DNA from: Chitinophagaceae bacterium UBA1930 | GTDB taxonomy: Bacteria > Bacteroidota > Bacteroidia > Chitinophagales > Chitinophagaceae | Length of the DNA stretch: 64,000 bases | Assembly (NCBI GenBank): GCA_002337145.1 | Contig: DDFK01000003.1 | Coordinates: 1-64,000 of the forward strand | Direction: 5' to 3' | Part shown: one piece after another, positions 40,238-51,290 of the stretch | How the letters are laid out: every line of letters begins with the position of its first letter | Numbering within the stretch: position 1 is the first letter of the stretch | Translations under genes and position numbers: made by a program | The notes under the pieces: model-generated | Database searches by the model: none | What the model was told of the DNA's origin: nothing | Seen by the model: only the letters and a program-made list of their open reading frames with translations

Positions 40238-40915
40238 CTACACTTCAAACTTATAACCTACCCCCTTTACCGTGGTAATGCAGTCCACACCCAGTTTCTG
40301 GCGTATCTTGCGTATGTGTACATCAATGGTCCTGTCGCCAACAATTACATCGTTGCCCCATATCTGGGAAAGTATCTCGTTACGCAAGAAAACACGGCCG
40401 GGTTTGGAGGCCAATAAATGCAATAGTTCAAATTCTTTCTTGGCAAGTACCACGTTAGTGTTGTTAATGGTCACTACAAATTTTACGGGGTCAATTTGTA
40501 TGTTGCCTACTTTTATGGTTTTGCCATCTTCCTTGTGCAGTCTTCTAAACAAAGCGTTTACACGGCTTATCAAAACTTTTGGGCTGATGGGTTTACTGAT
40601 ATAATCATCCGCACCGGTTTCCAGTCCCTTTATATGCGATGTCTCATCGCTCAAAGCCGTCAGAAAAATAATCAGTGTGTCCTGGAACAGGGCTTGCGAA
40701 CGTAAAACGCCGCATACTTCGATACCTGTTTTTTTAGGCATCATAATGTCCAGTATAATCAGGTCGGGGTTCAACTGCTTGGCCCGGTCAATGGCCTCAC
40801 TCCCGTCTTTAGCCGTGTACACTTCATATCCTTCCTTGCTGAGATTGTAATTGATGATCTCCAAAATATCCGGCTCGTCGTCTGCAATTAGAATCCGCTT
40901 TGGTTTTGCTTCCAT
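40238..40915 (-). CDS. OmpR/PhoB-family response regulator
   Basis: Receiver domain (ILIADDEPDILE...LDIMMPKKTG) plus a winged-helix trans_reg_C domain (LSKKEFELLHLL...RTIDVHIRKIRQKL). Lies upstream of the kinase as part of a two-component pair. Confidence 0.9.
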   Translation of the reverse strand: MEAKPKRILIADDEPDILEIINYNLSKEGYEVYTAKDGSEAIDRAKQLNPDLIILDIMMPKKTGIEVCGVLRSQALFQDTLIIFLTALSDETSHIKGLETGADDYISKPISPKVLISRVNALFRRLHKEDGKTIKVGNIQIDPVKFVVTINNTNVVLAKKEFELLHLLASKPGRVFLRNEILSQIWGNDVIVGDRTIDVHIRKIRQKLGVDCITTVKGVGYKFEV

Positions 40916-41056
40916 TGTTAACCTAATGTTTACACAAAATTAATCTTACCCATCTGTATTCCTGTTATTTGCCATTATGTAATTGTTAAGTGTGATAAAT
41001 TCGGCAAAAAACGGCAAAGCAGCCATTTGGAACTATTTTTGCTCTTTATACAATCC

Positions 41057-43261
41057 ATGAGAAAATTATATACACTATTCCTCTTTTTATTTGTTGCAAC
41101 TACCTTATATGCACAGCCTTATCAGCGTGCCACCGAGCTGCCCATGCCCAAAGTGCCGCCTATGCGGGTACTGCACCACGACAATATTGACAATAAACAG
41201 AAACTGATACTGAAATTGGACGGCTCGGACGATGGACTTTTTTCCCCAACAAACAATGCAGCAGCCAACCAGCAACTTACCGATATCCTTATCATCAATG
41301 TAAACAACATGCAGGCCAAGGTAGAGATGAGTACCACGCTGGACGAAAACGGCAAGTTTAAATGGCTGCGTGGAATTGACGAGATGTTGAATGCCTTCAT
41401 CTCTGGCTATAAGGCCAAGACCATTAACGGTGCTTTGTTGGGCGACTTGATTTTGAGCTATGACGATGCCATGCAGTTGGAATGGAAAAAAGAATCCATT
41501 AAGCCCATTGTTGAAAGGAACGAAATAGAAATCGGGCAGATACTGATAGACAATTTTGCTTTGAAAAACAATGTGGGTGTTGCTGCTTCGCAAGAAGTGT
41601 TGTTGCTTAAAACCTGCTATCGCTACCCTAAAAAAGTACTGTCTATTTTAGGCAAGAACCCCAACGTTTTTTTTGCAGACAGCGTCATTGCAAGCATGGC
41701 CCATAAGGACCCTGAGCAACTATATAATTATGCCGCCGCACCCAATCCGTTAGGCAGGAAGATACAAAGCGTAAACGAGCCATTGGTCAAGATCATTGGG
41801 CTACTTTCGTTAATGAAAACAGGTAGGCAATACTTTCCTTTCCTGGACAATATCTACCGAAAGAAAATAACGCTCGACTCCATTACTGGCGTACTCAACG
41901 ATACAACTGCATATTTCAAATTGCTGGTAAACACGCAGATTGATTATGCCCAAAGAAAGCGTAACAACGATACGCCGTTGGTGGCCAATGTGCTTACCGA
42001 AAAACTGAAACGCAAGGTGAGCGAGAATTATGTAATGGAAATAAATGCCTTGCACGAACCGGGTTTTGAAAAAGTAAGGTTCAACAGCCTGAACCCGCTT
42101 TCGGCACAGGACCTTTACTATGTGGCTGTTTTGGGTGAGGAAGAAATTTATACCAGCAGTTATGTAAGCGGTGTTTACCCACGCATTTTTCAACGCATGA
42201 AAGCGGCCAAGGAACACAGTGCCGATACCTTGCTGAACCTGGTAAAGTACGATTACTACAAAAAGTTCATTAAGATAGCTGCCAATTACAATACGTTGGA
42301 CGATTTTTTAAGCCGTATGGATAAATCCAATTCGGAGAAACTGATGCGGAACTTTGTAAGTGGTCTGGAAAAGACAACCACATTGGAAGATGCGGTGGAT
42401 GTGGCGGATTCCTATGGCAGCATCTACAATCCAGGTATCAAGAAAATCATTCTTGGCCAGATAAACGACAACCTCGTTCAGAGCGAGCAAAATGGCAACA
42501 AACGTGGGCAAACCATCTATAACCTGCTCAACATCATTTTTCTTTCGCTGGATTCATCGGCAAAAATTGACCTGCCCGCGAGGTTGGGCATTGATGGTGT
42601 TTACAATATGCCCATTGATAAGCTGCAGGACTCTTCGGGCAGGATCATAATACAGCAGTTTTTTTATGGCGATAAAGATGGGCAAGGCGTGTTCAATTCT
42701 TTCTTTAAAAACTACAGCAGTGCCTATTGGAGAAGGGTTGACAAACCCGACTGGGTAGAGCTTTCTTCCATTAAGGGAACACCCATTACCATTTATTGCA
42801 ACAAACCTTTTGACAATGAGCAGGACCTTGATGCAAAGGCACAGGAAAACCTTGGAAAGTACCTGGAAGAGAACGGCATTGAACCAACCGTTGTGATACA
42901 TCGTGGGCACAGTTATTTTGTAGGTTCCACCATCGACCAGTTGCCCTCTTCTTCAAAGATTGTATTGTTGGGCAGTTGTGGTGGCTACCAACGTTTGGCA
43001 GATGTATTGGATATATCGCCTGCGGCACAAATCATTGCTTCCAAACAAACAGGAACGGGGCTGGTAAACATTGCATTGATATTGGCCATTACCGACAACC
43101 TGCGTTTGGGCAAAACCCTTGATTGGCCCGTTATCTGGAAGAACCTTGACCTTAAGTTCAAAGGCGAAACCAAAGACAAGTTTGATGATTATGTACCACC
43201 TTACCGCAACTTGGGAGCCATATTTATCATGGCTTATAAAAAAGCAATGGCAATAAGATAG
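41057..43261 (+). CDS. Hypothetical secreted protein (~735 aa)
   Basis: Signal peptide MRKLYTLFLFLFVATTLYAQ. No recognised catalytic motif. Confidence 0.45.
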   Translation: MRKLYTLFLFLFVATTLYAQPYQRATELPMPKVPPMRVLHHDNIDNKQKLILKLDGSDDGLFSPTNNAAANQQLTDILIINVNNMQAKVEMSTTLDENGKFKWLRGIDEMLNAFISGYKAKTINGALLGDLILSYDDAMQLEWKKESIKPIVERNEIEIGQILIDNFALKNNVGVAASQEVLLLKTCYRYPKKVLSILGKNPNVFFADSVIASMAHKDPEQLYNYAAAPNPLGRKIQSVNEPLVKIIGLLSLMKTGRQYFPFLDNIYRKKITLDSITGVLNDTTAYFKLLVNTQIDYAQRKRNNDTPLVANVLTEKLKRKVSENYVMEINALHEPGFEKVRFNSLNPLSAQDLYYVAVLGEEEIYTSSYVSGVYPRIFQRMKAAKEHSADTLLNLVKYDYYKKFIKIAANYNTLDDFLSRMDKSNSEKLMRNFVSGLEKTTTLEDAVDVADSYGSIYNPGIKKIILGQINDNLVQSEQNGNKRGQTIYNLLNIIFLSLDSSAKIDLPARLGIDGVYNMPIDKLQDSSGRIIIQQFFYGDKDGQGVFNSFFKNYSSAYWRRVDKPDWVELSSIKGTPITIYCNKPFDNEQDLDAKAQENLGKYLEENGIEPTVVIHRGHSYFVGSTIDQLPSSSKIVLLGSCGGYQRLADVLDISPAAQIIASKQTGTGLVNIALILAITDNLRLGKTLDWPVIWKNLDLKFKGETKDKFDDYVPPYRNLGAIFIMAYKKAMAIR

Positions 43262-43282
43262 CAAAGCTGGCCCTTAACTGCA

Positions 43283-43921
43283 CTAATTCAAATAAGGATT
43301 GTATTTTTTTTCGTGCCCAATGGTGGTGCTCCTTCCATGTCCATTATACACAATGGTTTCATCGGGCAATACAAATAATTTTTCCTGTATGCTTCTTAGC
43401 AGGTCTGCCGTGCTGCCACCTGGTAAATCCGTACGTCCAACGCTTTCATAAAATAGCACATCGCCACCAATAACAAAGCCTTGTTGTTTGCAATAAAAAC
43501 AGATGCTGCCAGGGCTATGTCCGGGTGTAAGCAGCACTTCCAGTTCATCTTCATCCAGCTTTACCGTATCGCCTTCTTGTAAAAAATGCAAGGGGCCATT
43601 GTAATTGTCAAAAGGTATCCCCCATTTCATGCCGCTTTGTGGTGCAAAAGCCAACACTTCTTCTTCATTGGGGTGTATATACAGTTCCAAACCAAAATTT
43701 TTGGCTACCCAGTTGTTGCCAAACACATGGTCCAAATGGCAATGCGTGTTCAGCAACTGCACCGGTTTCAGTTTTTTCTCTTCAATAAAACCTTTTAACA
43801 TTTCATGTTCAGCAGTAAAGTAGCAACCGGGGTCTATTATCAAAGCGTTACCATTATCGTTGTACAGCAAATAGGTATTTTCTTGAATGGGATTAAACAC
43901 AAAGGATTGCACATGTATCAT
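43283..43921 (-). CDS. MBL-fold metallo-hydrolase (glyoxalase II-like)
   Basis: HxHxDH motif (NTHCHLDHVFG) plus downstream His and Asp ligands (TPGHSPGS, GDVLF). Confidence 0.85.
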   Translation of the reverse strand: MIHVQSFVFNPIQENTYLLYNDNGNALIIDPGCYFTAEHEMLKGFIEEKKLKPVQLLNTHCHLDHVFGNNWVAKNFGLELYIHPNEEEVLAFAPQSGMKWGIPFDNYNGPLHFLQEGDTVKLDEDELEVLLTPGHSPGSICFYCKQQGFVIGGDVLFYESVGRTDLPGGSTADLLRSIQEKLFVLPDETIVYNGHGRSTTIGHEKKYNPYLN

Positions 43922-44069
43922 AAACGATTTTTTACAATGAATTAAGGTAATTGCCTAATTTTAACGATGATAGAAAGGATTGCCAAGAAACATTTGTAGC
44001 AGTTATGGAATATATTTACTGCCCTTCTGTTTTTGGCCCTGTACATCGTTATAAAAATCAAGACCGGAT

Positions 44070-47000
44070 ATGCAAATGAATATGAATAAAACCATCCAAT
44101 TATTTTTTGCCGCAGCTTTATTATTCCCATTGCTTACCACTGCACAGGTGAACACTGTTGAGTTTGGCAAGAACAGGATCCAATACAAGAAGCTTAAATG
44201 GAAGTTCTACCAATCGCCCAACTTCAACACCTATGTTGCACAGGGCGGTACCGAGCTGGGCAAATTTACGGCACAGGTAGCAGAACAGGAATTGCCTTCT
44301 ATTGAAACGTTTATTGAATACTCTTTGCAACGCCGTGCGAACATTGTGGTGTACACTAGCTTTCTGGAATACAAGCAAAGCAATATTGGCCTGGGCATCG
44401 ACTGGCAGCAGGCAGGTGGCCTTACCAAACTGGTGAACAATAAGATTGTGGTGTACTTTGATGGCAACCACGAGCATCTTAAAAACCAGGTACGCGAAGG
44501 CATTGCCCGTGTATTGACAGATAATTTGTTATTTGGTGACGATATTGGCGAAATTGCCAGCAACCAAGCTTTACTGGACCTGCCCAAATGGCTAACCGAT
44601 GGCTATGTGGCCTATGCAGCACAACCCTGGAGTACCAAAAAAGACGATGAATTGAAAAGTGCAATACTGGGCGGCGACTATAACAACTTCTACAATTTTG
44701 CATTTGCCAAACCAATACTTGCCGGACATGCTTTCTGGAACTATATAGCAGAAAAATACAAAAAAGAAAACGTGACCTATTTTTTGTACCTGGCCCGCCT
44801 GTACAAAAACCTGAACAGTGCATCGTTGAAAGTATGCAAGAAAAAATTCAAGGAAGTGCTGGAAGACTTTATGAATTTTGAGCAGGACAAATACTCAAAA
44901 GATATACGCCAACGCCGTAATGCACCCAAAGGCAAATTGAGCGTATCGGTAGATGTGAGTAAAAACGATTACTACAATTTCAGTGTGAACCCTAATCCTA
45001 AAAGCAATACCTATGCAGTGGTTGAATACAAGAAGGGCATTTACAGTGTAAAGCTGAACGAAAACTATTACAACGAAAGAACACTGTTGACAAGGGGCGT
45101 AAAAGTGTACCAAGGCGATGTAAACCCCAACTATCCTATACTTGCATGGGACGGTAAAGGCACCAGGCTTTTGGTTATTTACGGCGAGGAAGGCAAAACC
45201 AAAATGTTTGTGTACGATTTGGTAGCCAACTACAAAAGGTTCAAACAGGTGATTGAAGGTTTTGACCAGATACTGGATGCATCATTTATGCTGGATGCCA
45301 ACACGCTTATTTTAAGTGCAGTAAAAAATGGACATTCCGATATTTTCATCTACAAAATAGAGGACCAAAAAATTGAGCAGGTTACCAACGATGTGTACGA
45401 CGACCTGAACCCAACGTTTGTATCGTTCCCTAACCGCTCCGGCATCATCTTCTCCTCCAACCGCCCCGGCCCAGAAGCACCCAACAACGATACCGTTATA
45501 CCAAGCAAAAACCGTTTCAATATTTTCATGGTTGACATATTGAACAAGTCGGCCGTAAAACAGATTACACAGCTTACCAACCTCAAGTACGGCAATGCTA
45601 CCTACCCCATGCAGTACAACACCAACCACTTTACGTTTGTGGCAGATGAAGCAGGCATCGGCAACCGCTATGCAGGTTTCTTTTCAACCCAACGTACCGG
45701 TTTGGATACCTTGTATTATGTTGGCGACGATATTGTGAGGAACCCATCGCCCAAAGAACTGGACAGTGCATTGGTGGCATGGCGTAAACAGGAACCGGAT
45801 AGCATCAGCTACTTCCAAGTGTACAAAGACTCTACCTACACCTTCCCCATTACCAACTACCAAAGCTCCCTGTTAGAAACAAGGATTGCAGGCAACAATG
45901 GCATGGTAAGCGAAGTAAGAAGGGAGGGCGACTACAAGTTCCTGTACAAATTAAAAGTAGATGACAACGCTTTGGAAAGACGCAACGTGAACCCCAAGAA
46001 CACGGCCTACATGCAGCGTTTAATTGATGGCGAAAAACAGAAAAATGGCAATGCTACCAAGTACAAGAACGGTAAGCCTGTAGCAAATACCGACACGGTT
46101 AAAACAACAGATAGGAAAAAGGTTTTCCAAACAGAATTTGATGGCGAAAAACCGGACACCACCGCCTCGGTGAACCTTACCGAAACTGCAACACCCGAAG
46201 CCAAACCTTCGGCATTGGAGAAAATGAAGTTCTTTAATTACCGCTTAAAATTCAATGCAGACTATCTGGTGTCGGGCCTAACCAACAATGTACTCGTAAA
46301 CCGCTACCAGCCTTATGCTGGCGGCCAGGGCCCCATACAGTTAAACAATGGCAACGATTTGAACCTGAGCTTCCGTGTGGGCATCAGCGATTTGATGGAA
46401 GACATCAAGTTCATTGCCGGCTACCGCATCGGTTTCAATTTAAAGGACAAAGATGTGTTGATGTCTTTCCAGAACTACAGAAAGAAGATTGACTGGGGCG
46501 TTACTTATTTCAGAAGCACTGTGTCCGACTATCAAGGTTACTTCACTGGCGATGTGCTGGGCATACCTGCTTCCTACTACAGCAACAGGTTAATCACCAA
46601 TTTGTACCAATTCAATATTGCCTATCCTTTTGACGAAACCAAAAGGGTACAGATTACCACTGCACTCAGAATAGACAGGGGCGTGCTTAAACCCTTGATC
46701 AGTGGCGTGCCCGATCCTGTAGCATTAAACTATCCCGATTCAGTAACGCAGTACATCCTGAACAGGGCCGAATATATTTACGACAATACCATCAATCCTG
46801 CACAGAATATCTGGAATGGCCTGCGTTGGAAAGTGTACATGGATGTAAACATGCCCATGAGCAAGGGAGCATCCAAAAGCATGAACTTCAATTTTGGTTT
46901 CGATGCAAGGCACTACTGGAAAATTTACCGCAACTTTATCTGGGCCACCAGGGCAGCAGGTGACTTTAGTTGGGGCGAACAAAAAATCATTTACTACCTG

Positions 47001-47495
47001 GGTGGTGTTGACGGATGGCTTGGACCCAAGTTCAACAATGCTATCAAACCTGCCCCAGACCAGTCCTACGCCTTCCAAAGCCTGGCAGTAAACATGCGTG
47101 GCTTTAAACAGAATATCGCCAACGGCAACAACACAGTTGTGTTGAACAGTGAGCTACGTTTACCTGTATTTTCTACTTTATTAAATAGGCCAATCAACAA
47201 CGCTTTTGTAAGGAATTTTCAACTGGTACAGTTTGTTGATTTGGGTACTGCCTGGAACGGTAAGTTCAACGGCATAGAAAGGCCATACACTTTGTACACA
47301 GACGATAGCAATCCCAACAATCCCGTTAATGTACGCATCAAGGCAGGTGGCATTGGTCCATTTGTGGGTGGTTACGGTTTTGGAGCAAGAAGCACTTTGT
47401 TGGGCTACTTCTTAAAGTTTGACTGTGCATGGGAAATGAAGGGCGTATTCAAAGGCAAGCCAATGCTGTATTTTGCGTTAGGTCTGGATTTTTAA
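44070..47495 (+). CDS. Large outer-membrane protein with a TolB/PD40-like beta-propeller region and a C-terminal beta-barrel
   Basis: Signal peptide. Contains WDGKGTRLLVIYGEEG..., GHSDIFIYK... and LNPTFVSFPNRSGIIFSSNRPG, which resemble PD40 repeats. The C-terminal ~400 aa alternates in a beta-strand pattern and ends LGLDF (terminal Phe). Confidence 0.5.
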   Translation: MQMNMNKTIQLFFAAALLFPLLTTAQVNTVEFGKNRIQYKKLKWKFYQSPNFNTYVAQGGTELGKFTAQVAEQELPSIETFIEYSLQRRANIVVYTSFLEYKQSNIGLGIDWQQAGGLTKLVNNKIVVYFDGNHEHLKNQVREGIARVLTDNLLFGDDIGEIASNQALLDLPKWLTDGYVAYAAQPWSTKKDDELKSAILGGDYNNFYNFAFAKPILAGHAFWNYIAEKYKKENVTYFLYLARLYKNLNSASLKVCKKKFKEVLEDFMNFEQDKYSKDIRQRRNAPKGKLSVSVDVSKNDYYNFSVNPNPKSNTYAVVEYKKGIYSVKLNENYYNERTLLTRGVKVYQGDVNPNYPILAWDGKGTRLLVIYGEEGKTKMFVYDLVANYKRFKQVIEGFDQILDASFMLDANTLILSAVKNGHSDIFIYKIEDQKIEQVTNDVYDDLNPTFVSFPNRSGIIFSSNRPGPEAPNNDTVIPSKNRFNIFMVDILNKSAVKQITQLTNLKYGNATYPMQYNTNHFTFVADEAGIGNRYAGFFSTQRTGLDTLYYVGDDIVRNPSPKELDSALVAWRKQEPDSISYFQVYKDSTYTFPITNYQSSLLETRIAGNNGMVSEVRREGDYKFLYKLKVDDNALERRNVNPKNTAYMQRLIDGEKQKNGNATKYKNGKPVANTDTVKTTDRKKVFQTEFDGEKPDTTASVNLTETATPEAKPSALEKMKFFNYRLKFNADYLVSGLTNNVLVNRYQPYAGGQGPIQLNNGNDLNLSFRVGISDLMEDIKFIAGYRIGFNLKDKDVLMSFQNYRKKIDWGVTYFRSTVSDYQGYFTGDVLGIPASYYSNRLITNLYQFNIAYPFDETKRVQITTALRIDRGVLKPLISGVPDPVALNYPDSVTQYILNRAEYIYDNTINPAQNIWNGLRWKVYMDVNMPMSKGASKSMNFNFGFDARHYWKIYRNFIWATRAAGDFSWGEQKIIYYLGGVDGWLGPKFNNAIKPAPDQSYAFQSLAVNMRGFKQNIANGNNTVVLNSELRLPVFSTLLNRPINNAFVRNFQLVQFVDLGTAWNGKFNGIERPYTLYTDDSNPNNPVNVRIKAGGIGPFVGGYGFGARSTLLGYFLKFDCAWEMKGVFKGKPMLYFALGLDF

Positions 47496-47535
47496 ACTTA
47501 TGTAACCGGCACCCACTACCCGCTTCAACTGTAGT

Positions 47536-47552
47536 GGCGTCGCACCCATCAA
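47536..47552 (+). repeat. Third copy of the exact 17-mer GCGTCGCACCCATCAAC
   Basis: Identical 17-mers occur at 26826-26842 (+), 30379-30395 (reverse complement) and 47536-47552 (+). All are intergenic. The flanks are unrelated. Confidence 0.6.
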
Positions 47553-47774
47553 CGGTAGCACATACTTCAACTAAACAAAAGCCTTCCCATTTTTTGGGAA
47601 GGCTTTTGTTTGTACCCTAAAATACATAATGACTATTTTTCTGCGACAACACAAGCAACAACAACCAGAACAATAGGTAAACAATCGCTATCACAAAGAA
47701 AAGTCCATCTATATTACCAGCCAATTGCACCTGCGGTTTTATATATGGTTGCTTTGCCCATGACAATTAAATGG

Positions 47775-48434
47775 TTACTGTACGGCAACCGCTTCTGTAC
47801 GCATGCCCCGCATGGCTTTTACCGTAAAATAGATGATACCAAACATGGCGGCAAACAAAAACGTAAAGCCCCAAAGTTTTAGATTGTCCTGCGGCTGCAG
47901 AATATGGTGTGCCGATGCACTGGCCAACCTGCCTGGTTTTGTAACAATGTTCCAGCTATTAAACCGCAGGAACCGGCCTATATAAATTCCGTAACCACAT
48001 AAAACCATACTGGTAAAAACAGCCAGCCTTACCCATATCGCTTTTATATGCCTTGCCAAAAAAGTTTCCACTTGCATAAGCGATGCAATGCCCAACAGCA
48101 AACCATTCCATGCTGCAGATGTTACCAGCAACAAGTCGTACCACTTAGGTACCGGCCCCCTTTCCTTATAATGAAAAAGGTCGGTTATAATATAAGGTGC
48201 ATTAGGAAAGAACAGCAACCAGCCTCCAATAAACAGGCAGGCAGCCCAATCCAGTTCCGATTGATGCTCCAACCGCCTGCTAAACAAAAAAGGTACTATT
48301 GCAAGTAGCATGTTCCAGGCATAGAATATATAGGTAAGCTCTTTTGTACATGCCATGCGTATGCACAACAGCATCATGGTAAAGCCAATGCTTAGCATCA
48401 GCATTTTTTCTACGGAAGAAATTTTCTTGATCAT
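47775..48434 (-). CDS. Membrane protein (DUF1361-like, conserved NAPY motif)
   Basis: LFFPNAPYIITDLFHY motif. 5-6 transmembrane segments. Start set at MIKKISS, overlapping the dgkA stop; the longer ORF extension is Cys-rich and implausible. Confidence 0.5.
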   Translation of the reverse strand: MIKKISSVEKMLMLSIGFTMMLLCIRMACTKELTYIFYAWNMLLAIVPFLFSRRLEHQSELDWAACLFIGGWLLFFPNAPYIITDLFHYKERGPVPKWYDLLLVTSAAWNGLLLGIASLMQVETFLARHIKAIWVRLAVFTSMVLCGYGIYIGRFLRFNSWNIVTKPGRLASASAHHILQPQDNLKLWGFTFLFAAMFGIIYFTVKAMRGMRTEAVAVQ

Positions 48435-48808
48435 AATAAACAGGTGATTTTGGGTAAGAAAACGATGCAGCCAATAACAATAGCAACCAGCGAAGCAAAC
48501 AGTACTGCTGCCGCTGCCACATCTTTCACTGTTTTTATAACAGGATGGAAATCTTCCTGCACTAGGTCGCAAAGTTTTTCCAACGCACTGTTCAACATCT
48601 CCAAACCCAGTACCATTGCAATGCAAAGCAGCAAGGCCATCCAGTCAGTAGCTGATACCCCCAAACCAACCGCTAGTGCAACTACTGCGGCAGCTACGCA
48701 TAACTGTATTTTGCCATTGCGTTCATGCAGGAAGAAATAACACATCCCGTTAAAAGCATTACCCAATGCCTTTACTATTGTTTGTTGTTTTGCTTTTTTT
48801 TGTTTCAT
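48431..48808 (-). CDS. dgkA: Diacylglycerol kinase / undecaprenol kinase family (DgkA)
   Basis: 125 aa with three transmembrane helices. Conserved N-terminal amphipathic segment (ALGNAFNGMCYFFLHERNGKIQ) and an ENSALE-like motif (EMLNSALE). Confidence 0.75.
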   Translation of the reverse strand: MKQKKAKQQTIVKALGNAFNGMCYFFLHERNGKIQLCVAAAVVALAVGLGVSATDWMALLLCIAMVLGLEMLNSALEKLCDLVQEDFHPVIKTVKDVAAAAVLFASLVAIVIGCIVFLPKITCLL

Positions 48809-48826
48809 GAAACTGTGGTGTAAACA

Positions 48827-49312
48827 TTAATCGCCAGTCGCAACAATGGTTTCATTGTTGCTGCTATCATTAAAAAAATCGGCCAGGCAATACCTCGCCT
48901 TGTAAATACTTGTGCAGGCTGCCACAAATGCTGCCAGTGGAAATAGTAAAAATGGCACATCGTTCCATATATCCTTCCACAGCTTGAATATTTCAATAAA
49001 CAAGAAGGCAATCCATACGCCCAACAAAGCAACAGGGTATAAGGTAGCAACTTTGTATTCGGCCCTAATGGATAATTGCTTTAGCAAATAAGCTATAAGT
49101 ATAAAAAACAGGCCCGCCACCCAACATACCTGTAAGGCAAAAACTAGCGACATAAAATACATAGGTGGAAAAAGCAGCGATGGCAATGTAAGTATGGCAT
49201 ACCACATTAAAGACGTAGCAAAAGTTTTGAGTAATGTAAACATTTGTATTGTTTTTAAGTAATGATAAGAGCGTATAACTGTCAGGCTTTCGTTGCTTTT
49301 TAATGCCCCCAT
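48827..49312 (-). CDS. Hypothetical membrane protein (4 transmembrane segments)
   Basis: ORF with a hydrophobic helical pattern. Confidence 0.35.
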   Translation of the reverse strand: MGALKSNESLTVIRSYHYLKTIQMFTLLKTFATSLMWYAILTLPSLLFPPMYFMSLVFALQVCWVAGLFFILIAYLLKQLSIRAEYKVATLYPVALLGVWIAFLFIEIFKLWKDIWNDVPFLLFPLAAFVAACTSIYKARYCLADFFNDSSNNETIVATGD

Positions 49313-50055
49313 ATTGAATGATATGGAATAACCGGCTCCTTTATTTCATGCCGCAACCTGCCTATCGTCTTTTCAAACTTTAGCCGCATCTTTTTCCAAT
49401 ACCTGCCAAAATCATTGCCGCCTGCCTTGAACAGTTTTTTATGTGCCATCCAAACAACCATGGCGGTAGCCAAGTAGAATACTTTATAGAACTGGTAAGA
49501 TGCCATTCTTACAACAATGGCCTTATGCTGAAAGATGGTCCTGAACCGTTCCAATTGAAACTGTATATGCGGGGCTTCATCAATCAGGATATCCGTGCAT
49601 ATCTCTTTAAGCAACCTGTTTTTTGTAGCATCTTTTAACGACTGGTAAAATATCTGTGCCGCACTTTCCACTGTTATTACGGTAAGCGTCCACCACTCCA
49701 TGCTTGTATTCAAATGCCTGATCCTTCTAAACAGGCTATCGCCCCAGTTTTTGCGTATGCGGGGCTGTCCAATCATATCCAGGAAAACGCCGAGGTTATT
49801 GCCATGCTTCTGCTCTTCTTTAATAAACAGTTGCAGTGCCTGCACGTAAAAGACATCGTCAATCTTATGTGCATATTTTGCCCCGGCCCTCAATAGATTG
49901 CTGCCATCGGATGTTTCGCCCAATTGCCATGCCTGCAACGATTTCAGTACGGCAGCCAGTTCGCTGTTATTCAGTTGGGCAGGCTGGTTCCAATCAATCC
50001 GCTTTGCCTGTAGGTTGGCCTGGAAATAATCGAACCATTGTTTGGAAGTTTTCAT
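49300..50055 (-). CDS. Ferritin-like di-iron domain protein
   Basis: Paired E..H motifs (FIKEEQKHGNNL and LIDEAPHIQFQLERFR). Start set at MKTSKQWFDY. Confidence 0.4.
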   Translation of the reverse strand: MKTSKQWFDYFQANLQAKRIDWNQPAQLNNSELAAVLKSLQAWQLGETSDGSNLLRAGAKYAHKIDDVFYVQALQLFIKEEQKHGNNLGVFLDMIGQPRIRKNWGDSLFRRIRHLNTSMEWWTLTVITVESAAQIFYQSLKDATKNRLLKEICTDILIDEAPHIQFQLERFRTIFQHKAIVVRMASYQFYKVFYLATAMVVWMAHKKLFKAGGNDFGRYWKKMRLKFEKTIGRLRHEIKEPVIPYHSIWGH

Positions 50056-50099
50056 ACACTTATTTTTTGGGATGGTTTTTATGGACTCTGACAAGCAGC

Positions 50100-51281
50100 C
50101 TACTTTCTTGATTCGCCAACCAATGAAGGGTTGTACCAATTAATATTTCTTGTTGTGTACATGATTACTGCAAGCACTATAAACAGTCCAATGCTGCCCA
50201 CCAGCAATGCTGCATCCTCTAAACTGATGATGACAAAAATGAATGCATAAAGCCCCGTAAGCACACCAGCAAGGGCACCTGCTGCCTGCCAGTTTTTAAA
50301 ATGGCTTTTTACGTACAGCACAATGAGTGTTAGCGTTGCAAGTGCTGCAATCAGGTAGGCAGTATCAAACTGTATAAACTCACTAATGGATAGTAGCAGC
50401 GTGTAGAAAATGACCAGCCCCAAGCCCACCAATATATATTGAACAGGGTGCATGGGGTTTTTCTGTACCAGTTCAATAATAAAGAACAGGGCAAAGGTTA
50501 ACCCAATAACAAGGATTGCATATTTAGTGGCACGCATGGTTTTAATGTTGTTGTCGTGCGTATGTAGCAACGCAAAATTCTTGTCAGACTGTTGTGTTGA
50601 GCCACTGGCGGCAATCCTATTCAATGCCGCTGTTTGGTTGGCCTGCCTTTCCATCACAAGGTTCGAAACAAAAGTTGCAGGTATCATCATGGCAAGTATC
50701 AATACGGCAGTTGTTATGGCCTTGATCAATGTTTTGTTGGATGATGATGCCAGTGGGGGTTGTGCTGTGCCAAGAAGGATGTCGTTGTGTTGTTGTTCGT
50801 TAAACGTTTCCATATTTGTGTTGATTTGAGTTACTGAATCTTGTATCCTGTTACCATTTTCGTACAGGGCATTGCGGGTACCTGTAAAAAAATATTGGTC
50901 AATGGCTTTATGGCAAATGAGGATTGCGATAAAGGAGCAGGCAAAAAGCAGGATGGTGTACAGTGTACAGCAATACGGATCCGTATTGCTGAAACTGTCA
51001 GCCACAAGTAAGGCATACAAAAAAGAAATGCCGAGGCAGGTTGCAGCAAGTGCCACCAGCTTATTGAGGTTACTTTTTTTGATAATTGGCAATACAATGG
51101 CTAGCACAATTATTACGGGGGTAGTGATTATAGCACCTATTGCACCAAACAGTACACCCGTTGCAGCTTCTATACCCCTGCCCTGCAAAACGAACCATAC
51201 CACCCAGCCGCTAATCAATACAAGGCTTGTAAAGAACCAGATGCTGATAGCTATTGATATGGATGTGTATTTTTTATTCAT
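50100..51281 (-). CDS. creD: Cell-envelope integrity inner-membrane protein CreD
   Basis: One N-terminal transmembrane segment, a large periplasmic region and about five C-terminal transmembrane segments, as in the CreD family. Start set at MNKKYTSI. Confidence 0.7.
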   Translation of the reverse strand: MNKKYTSISIAISIWFFTSLVLISGWVVWFVLQGRGIEAATGVLFGAIGAIITTPVIIVLAIVLPIIKKSNLNKLVALAATCLGISFLYALLVADSFSNTDPYCCTLYTILLFACSFIAILICHKAIDQYFFTGTRNALYENGNRIQDSVTQINTNMETFNEQQHNDILLGTAQPPLASSSNKTLIKAITTAVLILAMMIPATFVSNLVMERQANQTAALNRIAASGSTQQSDKNFALLHTHDNNIKTMRATKYAILVIGLTFALFFIIELVQKNPMHPVQYILVGLGLVIFYTLLLSISEFIQFDTAYLIAALATLTLIVLYVKSHFKNWQAAGALAGVLTGLYAFIFVIISLEDAALLVGSIGLFIVLAVIMYTTRNINWYNPSLVGESRK

Positions 51282-51290
51282 TCTAAAAGT

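Noticed and set aside
47775-48626. Full 283-aa ORF including the Cys-rich N-terminal 64 aa
   Set aside because: The extension overlaps the dgkA coding region on the same strand in another frame and is compositionally odd. The start was trimmed to MIKKISS.
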